DNA of 64,000 nucleotides, from contig NC_042998.1 of NCBI RefSeq assembly GCF_006345805.1, forward strand, positions 12,338,001-12,402,000. Direction: 5' to 3'. Of this stretch, positions 52,715 to 64,000 are shown one piece after another. A program made the position numbers and the translations under genes. This DNA is from Octopus sinensis. Taxonomy: Eukaryota. Under the pieces are notes generated by a model. It made no database searches. It was not told the DNA's origin and saw only the letters and a list, made by a program, of their open reading frames with translations. Within the stretch, counting starts at the first letter, position 1. Every line of letters starts with the position of its first letter.

Positions 52715-54339
52715 GGGCACACACACATGTATGACTGTATGTATGTATGTATATATTAAATGTCACCGATATGGAGCACTTACATTGAGAACTGTTACGG
52801 TTGGCTATTATGTAACCGTGGCGTATAAAATTCCATACACATTTTATTATAAACACATATATTTTTGCATATGCTGTGTATATGTACAATATATACTTAC
52901 AAACATGAACAGAGGCAAATACACACACATACATGCATATACACACATGTACATACATATATCTGTATATAAACCCATACCCACATATATCGATATATAG
53001 ACACACACATATATCTATATATAACCACATACACATGTATGAATAAATGTATATTCTTTAATAGCAATTTCCAGAAAATGTTCACGCTGTCATAGTGGAG
53101 TATTATAGTCTATTTCGTCTACTCCAATGACCTGTGACTCCCGAGCTTCGCCGAGGAGTTACGGTTCCTCAGACGGGAATAGATATTCCTGACGCTGCAA
53201 CCGGTAACACGTCTTGAAAACTTTGCAGTAAGAACCACTGCATTAACATACATATACATACCCTCATACTCACATAGGCGCAGTATGTTTGCATATATTC
53301 ACAACTACACTAGCAGTTTTCATACATATTCATACAGTCTAACATTACATTATATGTGATAGAATATTTTTTTTCGTTTAATCGCATACTAAAAACAGAA
53401 GAAAACATCAGCATTAATATTAAAAAAATAAACATAGAGAGAAATCAACATCAACAGAGAGAAAACAATTCAGGAGAAAAAAATATTCGCGAACAGCTTG
53501 CTCAGCAATAAGAGAGAGAAAAAGTTTTCCACATGATTTAGTGAGAAACTTGAGCTTATATTGGTTTTTGATACGTTGATAAATGGTCGATAATATCTCT
53601 TTCAAGAAGATAGTCAGGTGGGGGAAATTATCATCAGAAGATATATTATTTAAATTCTACTTGAATAAAGATGGATATAGTTAAATATTATAAAAGTCTG
53701 GCTAGAAAGTATAAAAAATTCAATAAAAAACATGATGTATATTTTTTCTATCTTCTCTTAAACAAGGCAAAAAAAGACTTTTAACTAATTTATTTTTCAT
53801 TGATCTTTTCGACATTTCTCACTAGAATATCAGATAATAATTCTTTTTTTAGTTTTATTGCGAGTCGCATATCATCCTGACATATAATGTAATACAAAAA
53901 ATGAAAGTAAAAACTTGTTCACTTGCTATTTATGACTCTGTCTCGCTACTGTCTTTTTCTGTGATTATGTCTAAAACTTGGGAAATGTATTGAAAAGGAG
54001 GCATGTATACGGCGTATCTTATTTTATTGAAAAGCTCTTTAGATTTAAAAGCATATATTAGGTTAAATGTTTGGATTTAAAAATACTTTCAATATCTTTC
54101 TAGATCTAGCATGATATTATTATATTTTCTTACTCAAGGAGGACAGAATATTGTTATGGAGTTTTTACGAAAAAGAAGCCAGAGTTGAATTTGTTTTGAT
54201 TTTGTTATTTAACCTGAGAGCTGCTTTAATAGACTTGGGTTATAATCAAAATCGTGGCAGTCGTGCTGATCTAGTCTTTTAGAAAACAAAGTGTAGTGTG
54301 GTTCGGTTACCATATTTCAGTTGATAAACGTTCGCTGTA

Positions 54340-55110
54340 ATGTTCAGGAAATGCTGTACCGATTCTTGATCGTGGGTTGACAGGCCGCAGTTATCGGCGT
54401 ACGGGAACCCAAAGGTCATGGTAATCTGAAACTTCAATTGGGACTTGAGTTAGCAGAGATAAAAAAATTTCTCTCCAGACCGTTGGGGATCACGATTACA
54501 TTGTTAGGATGGACTTCATCCAGCTTGAGGAGAGTAACGGCCGTGACGAAGAGGTTGAAAAGAACCAGAGCAAATATGCAGCCTTGTTTCATGCTGATGA
54601 TGAAACGAAAAGGGCTTGATTCTCGACCGCCGAGCTGAAAAACAAAATTCTTCCTACGGATCTCTTGCTGAGGATCGAAACGGATGGTGGACCATCAAGC
54701 TTGTGAAACCGTCGAGACAAGGTATCATCAAGGGCTCGATGGGAGCCGAGTGCGGTGTGCTGCGGCCGCTGCTAGATCGATCCCAGCACCTAGGTCATCA
54801 GTTTCTTGTCCGACCTAGGGAAAACTCTTCCAGTTGGCTTTTGGTCTCCGCTCACATTAGCGTGTTCACCAACTGCGTTTAGACCCACCTTGAAGGGATG
54901 CAGTTGTCCTCGAAGCTAAGGGACCCCCAAGGAAGCAATATTTCAGCATTCTAACAAGTAAGTAGAGGTATTTTTCTGTTGTCTTCTTAAATCGGTACGT
55001 TCGTTTAAGTATTGGAAAAAATGCATTCCAAGATTTGTTCCGGCTCTTTAAAGCTTTCTTCACAGAAGTGTTGCAATCTGCTGGGATTGTAAACATGTTT
55101 TGTCAGTGAG
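54340..55110 (-). mobile_element. Decayed RTE-like RT fragment
   Basis: IDL, MKQGCIFALVLFNLF and FPYADNCGL motifs. Confidence 0.65.
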
Positions 55111-55179
55111 GTTGTTTTCCACAATATACTTGGAGACAAGTACAACATTCAGCTATTATTATCATGGTTATTATACAAA

Positions 55180-55600
55180 GGCAGCGAGCTGGCAGAATCG
55201 TTAGCACGCTGGACGAAATGCTTAACAGGATTTCGTCCATCGCTACGTTCTGAGTTCAAATTTACTTTACTTTCCATCCTTTCGGAATTGATAAATTAAG
55301 TACCAGTGAAATACTGGGGTCGATCTAATCGACTATTCTCCTCCCCCCAAATTTCAGGCCTTGTGTCTATAATAGAAAGGATCATTATTGTTATACAAGG
55401 CGGCAAGCTGGCAGAGTCGGTAGCACGCCGAGGTAAATGCTTAGCGGTATTTCGTCTTCCGCTACTACCTGAGTTTGAATTTTGCCGAGGTGGACTTTGC
55501 ATTTCATCCTTCAGGGTCCATAACTTAAGTACCAGTCAAATAGTGGGGTCGATGTGATCGTCTTATCCCCTCGCTTAAAACTCCAGGCTTTGTGCCTATA
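55180..55600 (+). mobile_element. Two diverged SINE-A-related copies with an alternative tail (CCCC...AATTTCAGGCCTTGTG)
   Basis: Heads at ~55180 and ~55399 share the central domain with family A. Confidence 0.75.
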
Positions 55601-55626
55601 ATAAAATTATTATTATTATTATTATT

Positions 55627-58600
55627 CAGTAGTTTTATTTTTATAGCGTGCTTTCACTTCACTACCGAGCGCAGCTCTGTGTGCCTTGGGTATGTGCTGT
55701 GATTTGTTGTGATGCTCTGATGGTTATTGTATGGAAAGTGTTCTGCGTAGGATGTGTGCAGTGCCTAGTAGTGCAATTTTCTGTATGTTAATGTGTTTGT
55801 AAGTCCTGGTGTTTTTGTTATGTATTTGTCTGAATATTTTTTTATCTCATGCCTAATGCACCTACTATGATAGGAATTGTTTCTGTTTTCAGGTTCCACA
55901 TTCTAGTTACCTCTTTTTCCAGGTCTTTGTATTTTGAGAGTTTCTCCATTTCTGTTAGAGACACGTTGTCATCTGCCGGTATTGATACATCAATTAGAAA
56001 GCATTTTTTTTCTTTATGATCTCTGACAACTATATCTGGTCTGTTGGCCTTAATTTCTCTATCTGTGCGTATCGGCATATCCCAGAGTATGGTTGCTTCT
56101 CGTTTTCTGTGACCTTTTCTGGTGTGTGCCTATACCATCTTTTTTCTGTTGTTATTCCATAATGTTGCATAGCTTCCAATGTATGTAGGTCCCAACTCTG
56201 TCATGTCTGTGAATATATTCCTTCTTAGCCAGGACTGGGCAGCTAGAGATAATATGATTTATTGTTTCTTGTCCATCTCCACATATCTGCAGTTACTTGT
56301 TATATTTCTTTTCATTACATGTTTTTGGTAATTTCTGGTGGGGAGGCTTTGGTCTTGTGCTGCAATTAAAATCCCTCTGTTTCTGCCTTGAGTCCTGAGC
56401 TTCTCAACCATTGCTGGGTTTTTCTTTGTCTATTTTTTTGCGTTTAGTTTAGTCCAGTATTTACCATGAAGGGCTTTCTTGCCATCGTTTTATCATGGCT
56501 CGTTGCTGTTCTATTTTTAGTTGGATTTCATTTGTTTTATAGCTTTTGTTGTTTCTTCAATCATCTTCTCTTCTTCTTTGTGTTTATTCGGTGGATGATT
56601 TCTTGTTTGTATTTGTCAGCTTCCTTAAATACTGAGAACAGTTTTTTTGTTTTGCTCGTGTTTTGCTGCTATCTGGATCAGTTTTCCTTCCTTCTGAAGT
56701 AGGTATTTTTGCAGTCCCATGGTGGTTTTTTTATAGTAGTTTTCCAGCTGTATAAGGCCTCTACCACCTTCTATACGTTGTATATTAATCTTTCTATGTC
56801 AGATTTTGGGTGATGCATCCTAGATGCTGTCAGTATTTTTCTTTTGTTTTCCTATCTATTTTGGACAGTTCATTTCGTGTCCAGTTAAGATATTGTAGCT
56901 GTAACTTATAACTGGGACAGCTAAAGTGTTGATACCTATTATCTTGTTTTTAGCATTGAGCTCTGTTTTAGTATTGGAACTAACTCGTCTATATATTCTT
57001 TTTTTATTTTCTCTTTCATTTGTGTGTGTTGTGTCTTATCTAGTTCATGGATTCCTAAGTATTTGTAAGTTTGGCTTTGGTCTAATTCTTTTATTTCATT
57101 GGTTTTATCTAGTGTGATGTTGTTACTCTTAACTAGTTTTCCTCTTTTCATGGTTACTTTTGGCGCATTTTTCTAATCCAAAATTTCATATCTATTTCTT
57201 TGGTAAATCCATGAACTGTCTTTAATAGTGTTTCCAGCTGTTTGTCATTTGCAGCGTATAGTTTTAGGTCATCCATAATAAAAGGTGGCTGATCGTTTTG
57301 CCGTAACATTTATATCCGCATCCAGTTCTATTTAGCATATCAGATAGAGGTGACAGTGCCAAGCAGAAAAGGAGTGGAGAGAGCGTGTCTCCCTGGAATA
57401 TTCCTCTTCTAATGGGGATGTCTTTGGTTTTTCATGAGTCCCTCTTTTGTTTGGAGGTGTAGGACTGTTTGCCATTTATTCATAGAGTGCTCTATGAATT
57501 TTATGATTGTTGGTGCTACTTTGTTAATGGCTAGTGTTTCGAGGATCCATGTGTGGGGGATGCTATCAAACGCCTTTTTGTAGTCAATCCAGGCCATACT
57601 GAGGCCTTTCCTCTTTCTGTGGCTGTCTTCAGTTACGGCTTTATTAATCATTAGTTGATCTTTACAGCCATATGAGCCCTTGCGGCATCCTTTCTGCTCT
57701 TCTGGGAACAGCTTGTTGTCGTCCAGGTGCTTGTTCAGCCTTTGCGATATCACTGCAGTAAATGCCTTGAACGTAGTAGGGAGGCAGGTTATTTGTCTGT
57801 AGTTTTCTGGTTTTGTTGTTTCATTTGATTTGGGAATTAAGATGGTTTTCCCCTTCGTGAGCCATTCAGGCATTGTCTCTGGCTCTGCTAGTATGCTGTT
57901 AAAGTTTTCAGCCAGCTTTTGTGCATTCCTGTTAGATATTTCAACCAGAAGTTGGGGATCTTGTCATGCCCAGGTGCCTTCCAGTTGCTTAGTTTTTGCA
58001 GTGCCTGGGTGACCTCTTCAGTGTTATGGGGGTCCAAAGTTGTTCAGATGCCGAGTTTGTTATTTTCATACTCCTTTTTTTTGGCTGTTCGTTCGCCGAC
58101 CATATTTCTTTCCAGAATTCTTCCAATTCTTCTGCCGTTGGTGCTGCAGTGACTTCTATTTTATTTTTGCCCAGTTCTTGGTAGAACTTTTTGGGGTCGG
58201 AGTTGAACTTTTTGTTCTGTTCAAAGAAGCGTTGGCATTTCTCGTACCGGCGGATCCTTTGAGCTTTGGCAAGGATATCTTGCTTCAGCTTTTCTTTTAT
58301 CTCCGGCAAATCTTTTTCTGTGATGTTATATTTGCGGAGCATTTTTGTTCTCTTTTTGTTGCTCAGTAGCGTTGCTTGTTTGCTGATTTCATTAAGAATC
58401 GACAGGTCTTTTCTAATTTGTTTTGATGTTATTTATCCACAGGGTTTGTTTGGGTGGTGGTACTCCTTTTGGCGGGTTTGGGTGAGTATCCAGCTTCTTT
58501 TGTGGCTGCAGTGGCTGCTGCGTATATCAAGTTATTTAGTTCAGTGATATCACTTTTTTTTGTTTCAGTGGCTAGTTCAGTGACGGCTAGGTTTATGTTG

Positions 58601-59568
58601 TTTATAATTGGTGTTGTTATTGCGTTATTTTTTTCTTCGGAGGTATGGTCGGTGGTCCATTTTGGGCTCTGTGGTTTTCAGCTCTTTGATTATTTTATTT
58701 TTATATTATCAAATCATTAGGCTCCCCTTCGTTGTTTACATCGTGTTTGTTGGGAATGTTGCGTTTGTCTTCGTGTTTTACAGTTTCAGTGTTTATATTA
58801 TTGGGCATTGTTGTGTGGCTTCTATCTACATTTTCCTGGTGTATTTTTTTCTTTTAAATGTTCTATTTCTATTTCTGATATTTTTTTGGCTTTGAGAATG
58901 TATCTTCGTACGTTAGCTAATTATTAGGGTTCATTGCTGTATCCAAGTCTATATCTCTATTATTTTCCTTCCATATTTTATATGTATGTGTTGTTGTATT
59001 TTCATTTTTTGGGTAGAGCATTGCTGTGAAGTATGCGTGTAAGATAGAAATGTATTCCTCACGTGTCCATTTACGTCTTTTGGGTTTTAATTGCGGGACA
59101 TGAGGTACAACGTCCGGCCCATTATTTTGACGGTCGTCATTTTCGTAGGGTACCGGTCCGTTTATTTCTGTTGTGTCACATTAATTCGCACGTGTAGTTT
59201 TTCGTACATTTTTTGTTGTAGGTTTAATGTACGTACCGCTCGATGTGTTATTCTTGGGTTGAATAGTATCGGTGGCATTTAATTTCTTCTTCGTATTCCT
59301 TTGTACATGGTGTTTGAGGTCGGGGATGATCGTGTTGTTCCACGCATGTTTACATGTGTTGTGTTAGAGGTGGAGATAATATCGAGTCAAAATACATCAT
59401 TTCGTTTCGAAAATAGTAATAAATTTCAATTAGTATTACTTACTCGGATATAGTCCAATTCTTTGTTAGTAAATCTTTGGCTCCATAGGGTGTCCTTGGT
59501 TTCGATGTTTGTGGATAGATTTCGGAGCTCTGTATTTTCCTTCTTACATCTTAAACGTCCCCGGTGTC
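55627..59568 (-). mobile_element. Probably full-length (~3.9 kb) R4/Dong-like element, copy 2
   Basis: Near-identical to 34132-37435 in inverted orientation, with an extra N-terminus (PKRRKWTREEY...LANVRRYILKAKKISEIEIEHLK) and a putative 5' UTR; (TAA)n on both sides. The 5' boundary is inferred. Confidence 0.88.
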
Positions 59569-59657
<89 letters not shown>

Positions 59658-59691
59658 GTAATTATTATTATTATTATTATTATTATTATTG

Positions 59692-59753
<62 letters not shown>

Positions 59754-59836
59754 TTGTTGTTGCTGTTGTTGTTGCTGTTGTTGTTGTTGTTGTTGTTGTT
59801 GCGCTGCTGCTGCTGCTGCTGCTGTTGTTGTTGTTG

Positions 59837-59886
<50 letters not shown>

Positions 59887-59905
59887 GCTATTATTATTAT
59901 TATTA
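59569..59905. repeat. Compound (TTA)/(TCA)/(TTG)/(CTG) trinucleotide tract
   Basis: Directly visible. Confidence 0.95.
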
Positions 59906-60773
59906 TTATTTTCATTATAAATATATTTCAGCTGCCTTAGTACAGGACATCCTCCACTTTGCTGTTGTTAGTTTGCCTCTAATGTTATTAGTTTGTGATT
60001 GACGTTCTTATCTTTCCCGGTGCTACGGTTATTGTGGTTACGACAGCTACTGTTCTCGTTGTTGTTTTTGTGATTGTAACTGTTGTTTGGTCAATTTGTT
60101 TTTTTACTATTTGCCTGCAGTTGTTTGGGCATTATTTCACTTGCTGCAGCCAGGCTATTTGATAGGAGGTTAAAAAAGCAAATTCGCCTGTCCCACTTCT
60201 TTTCCGTTTTGATGGTCTTTCTTCATAAAGAAATACTTTAGTTCGTAAAATAAAGAAATACTTTCTTCAACGTGCTATTTAGGCGTTTTTTTGTCGTTTG
60301 TCTCCTTGAAATGCGAAAGTTTGGAGAGTATGTAAGGCCTGCTGGCTTTTGTATCCACTGTCATTTTTAGGTGTCCGCTGTCGTTCGTCCTTCTCTGGTT
60401 GTTCGCGATGATGTTCTTGATGATGGTGGCCGAGGTAGACTTGTGCTTGGGCTCCTCTACTTTTGTTTTCTTACAGCCAATGAATCTGTCGATGTAGCTG
60501 TAGAAGTATGTGTGTTATTAACAGTAATGATCTGGGACTCTGTTCTTTTTTGAAGGATCATACTTCAAAGAAATTTGGCCAGCAAATAATGTTTCCCTCA
60601 GATAAGGCTTATCTAGGGTCCGTCTATCTAAGGTAGCTCCAGCGGAAGAAGTAAGGCTGAAAATATTTTCCCTGTTTCTTAGTTCTTACTCTTCATTTAT
60701 TTTTTTACTCGGTGAAACACTGTGTGTATATGTGTGGGTGTATGTGTGTTAGTGTATGTTTGTGTGCATGCTA

Positions 60774-60839
<66 letters not shown>

Positions 60840-61247
60840 CCTCAGTTGCTCTTATTGTTGCTATAATTTCTCGTGTCATTTAAATTCTTCCGAATTACGC
60901 TTTCTGTCAGAAAATTAATGTTTCTTTTGAAATAAATGTGTTCTGCTGTGAAATTGAATTTGTATTCTGTTTTTCGGTCTACAGTCTGTGTAAACGAGTT
61001 TGTTTTTATTCGATGTTTTTATTTTTGTCGTTGTTGGGTGTTGTGGAGGCCTTTATTAAACGTTGTAGCAATTTTGCTTGTCTAATCTAGAAAGAATTAA
61101 TAGGAGCAATTAAATTAGATATCTTTTCAGAAGTTTCTTCTGGTAATAACCCGCAGTATATGAGAGACGAACGAAACATGCTCGGCTACCTCAAACACAG
61201 AATAGACAATAAAAATGACGATACTACTACTACTACTACTACTACTG

Positions 61248-61286
<39 letters not shown>

Positions 61287-61488
61287 ACCCAGCAGAAGAA
61301 CACAACTCGCAACCGAAAAGAACACAATTCGCATTGTGCATAATGCAATACGAAGACTAACACGCGATACAAACACGCAATACAAAGACCAATATAGCAA
61401 GCGACTCCAACCAAAGAACACGACAAAACAAACTGATACAATACAATACGGGGAACAACAACAGAAACAACAACAACAACAACAACAA

Positions 61489-61523
<35 letters not shown>

Positions 61524-61634
61524 ACAGCAACAACAGCTACAGATACAAGACATACAAATCATACACACCTCTGCAACTCGGAGGTGTAGGAGGTGATGAA
61601 GTAGAAATTAGCCTGGAACTATAAAATATCCAAT

Positions 61635-61644
61635 AATATTAATG

Positions 61645-61677
<33 letters not shown>

Positions 61678-61785
61678 TAATAATATAATAATAATAATAA
61701 TGATAATAATAATAATAATAATAATATAATAATAATAATAAAATAATAATAATAATATAATAATAATAATATAATAATAATAATA

Positions 61786-61839
<54 letters not shown>

Positions 61840-61858
61840 TAATAATAATAATATAATA

Positions 61859-61897
<39 letters not shown>

Positions 61898-61902
61898 TAA
61901 TA

Positions 61903-61970
<68 letters not shown>

Positions 61971-61980
61971 TAATAATAAT
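61635..61980. repeat. Long degenerate (AAT)n
   Basis: Directly visible. Confidence 0.95.
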
Positions 61981-61984
61981 GATT

Positions 61985-62412
61985 TCAATCTTTGGCACAA
62001 AGCCAGAATTTGGTGGGAGGGCAGAGTATGAGTGGGTTACATCGATCCCAGTGTTTTACTGGTACTTAATTTATCGACCCCAGTGTCGCACTGGTACTTA
62101 ATTTATTGACCCTGGAAGGATGAAAGGTAAAGTCAACCTCGGCGGAATTTGAACTCAGAACATGTGGCAGACGAAATACCTGTTTATTTATTACCCACAA
62201 GGGGCTAAACATAGATGGGATAAACAAGGACAGACAAACGGATTAAGTCGATTACATCGACCCCAGTGCGTAACTGGTACTTAATTCATCGACCCCGAAA
62301 GGATGAAAGGCAAAGTCGACCTCGGCGGAATTTGAACTCAGAACCTAACGGCAGACGAAACACGGCTACGCATTTCGCCCGGCGTGCTAACGTTTCTGCC
62401 AGCTCGCCGCCT
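61985..62412 (-). mobile_element. Hybrid SINE-A dimer (full family A unit plus head-less unit with the alternative tail)
   Basis: The second unit restarts at GGTATTTCGTCTGCC (junction 62180/62181). Confidence 0.85.
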
Positions 62413-62574
62413 AGTTTTTCCGAAGATTATGATTGGTTTTGCGCTGAAAATTTACTGGAAGGAATGAATTCCATCCACGCAGTAAATACATGAGTGATAA
62501 CATCACTTTGGTATGAAGCTGGAATCATAAACTGGGAAATGTAATGCGTTGATCAATATGGATAGCAATATTCT

Positions 62575-63081
<507 letters not shown>

Positions 63082-63089
63082 TGTGAAAA

Positions 63090-63955
63090 TCATTGACATT
63101 GGACAGGGAATTTCATCACAAGAGTGACACTGATCGGTCCAGAAGAAAGAGTGGGAGAAGTTTGACCAGCTGAATCAGCAGAAAAGAATATATAGAAAAT
63201 GTCGTCGAACCATTGTTGATGCATGTGAAGGAGTATGGGGTTATTCAACCAGAATATTGTTTTGAGAAAGAAGAAATGAAAGAAGGGAAAAGGAAGAAAA
63301 GGAAATAGCATAGAGAGAAAAAAATGTAGCGTCAATTTGCAAGAGACAAGCTGAAAGAGAGATACAGAAGATCTGTGGTTATGTATGTGGAGGAGTTATT
63401 TGTAAATAGAAACAAAAGGGTTTATATGCACAGCACAAGAAGAAGCATTGGGGGTAGAGTATGTGAAGTGCAGAATTGGTAAAAGAATGGAGAGCAACAA
63501 ACGCAGATGTGTGATGTGAGGGGTAAAACAGTGTCGCCCGAAAGTGGCACAACGTGAATACATAAAGCAAGATGGCAATGTGGCAAGAATGATCCATTGG
63601 CGGTTTTATGGAAATTATGGCCTAGAGAGATCAAAGACGTGGTATAACCAAATCCTAGGGGCAGCTACTGAGAATGAGGATTGCAAAATCCCGTGTGATG
63701 CAATGATTCAGTGTGACTATCAGATTTCACAGCAAAATTTGTCGTTGTTGCGAACAGAAAAACAAACAAAACACTTGCTTGATTGCTGGCATAGCATGCC
63801 CTGGTAACAAGAGGATTGAAGAGAGAAAAGGAATCAAATTGAACAACTATGGTGAATTAGATTGAAAAATATGCAGGTATTGGACTGGAAAATGGAGAAA
63901 GTAGACGTGATGCCAATAGTGATTGGTGCACCTGAAATCATCAGTTCTCAACAAC
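63090..63955 (+). mobile_element. Decayed R4/Dong-like C-terminal fragment, related to 33300-34070
   Basis: AQREYIKQDGNVARMIHW, ENEDCKIPCDAMIQCD and DVMPIVIGA motifs. Confidence 0.75.
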
Positions 63956-63959
63956 GAAC

Positions 63960-64000
63960 ATATACTCTCTTTTACTCTTTTACTTGTTTCAGTCATTTGA
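63960..64000 (-). mobile_element. Tail of another SINE family B copy, cut by the window edge
   Basis: CTTTTACTCTTTTACTTGTTTCAGTCATTTGA. Confidence 0.85.

Noticed and set aside
53090-53200. Minus-strand CTGAGGA...GAAA with hairpins
   Set aside because: The helices do not nest into hammerhead topology; a PLE terminal remnant is possible but unsupported.
54840-54940. HDV-like ribozyme fold
   Set aside because: The nested double pseudoknot could not be built, and the region lies inside a decayed RT coding fragment rather than a 5' UTR.

Overview
AT-rich animal genomic DNA. It is almost certainly octopus or another cephalopod; this is inferred from the repeat families and extreme microsatellite load, not from a marker gene. 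The window is dominated by microsatellites and retroelements, and most ORF-track entries are microsatellite artefacts (YI/CV/TH/poly-N). Supported content: (1) a near-full-length, frameshifted Tx1/L1-clade LINE (~6981-13076) between (TATC)n tracts; (2) a 5'-truncated CR1-type LINE (20503-22361); (3) R4/Dong-like RT-REL elements, including a stack of four head-to-tail pieces (32.6-37.9 kb, with (TAA)n at two junctions), a probably full-length inverted copy (55627-59568) and a fragment at 63.1-63.9 kb; (4) RTE and Penelope-like fragments; (5) a maT/mariner derivative, two Helitron-like elements and one HINE-like element; (6) several tRNA-derived SINE families. The most interesting signals are a recurrent head-less 184-bp SINE multimer with a fixed GAAATA-NN-TATTTC palindromic junction at four loci (including an 8-unit array), a near-canonical type-I hammerhead ribozyme at 17537-17609 with degenerate relatives, apparent partitioning of LINE families among microsatellite types, and several fold-back hairpins. 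No host gene could be identified; a few candidate exons are listed at low confidence. No CRISPR, rRNA or true tRNA gene was seen. Everything was read by eye, and boundaries of degenerate elements are approximate.
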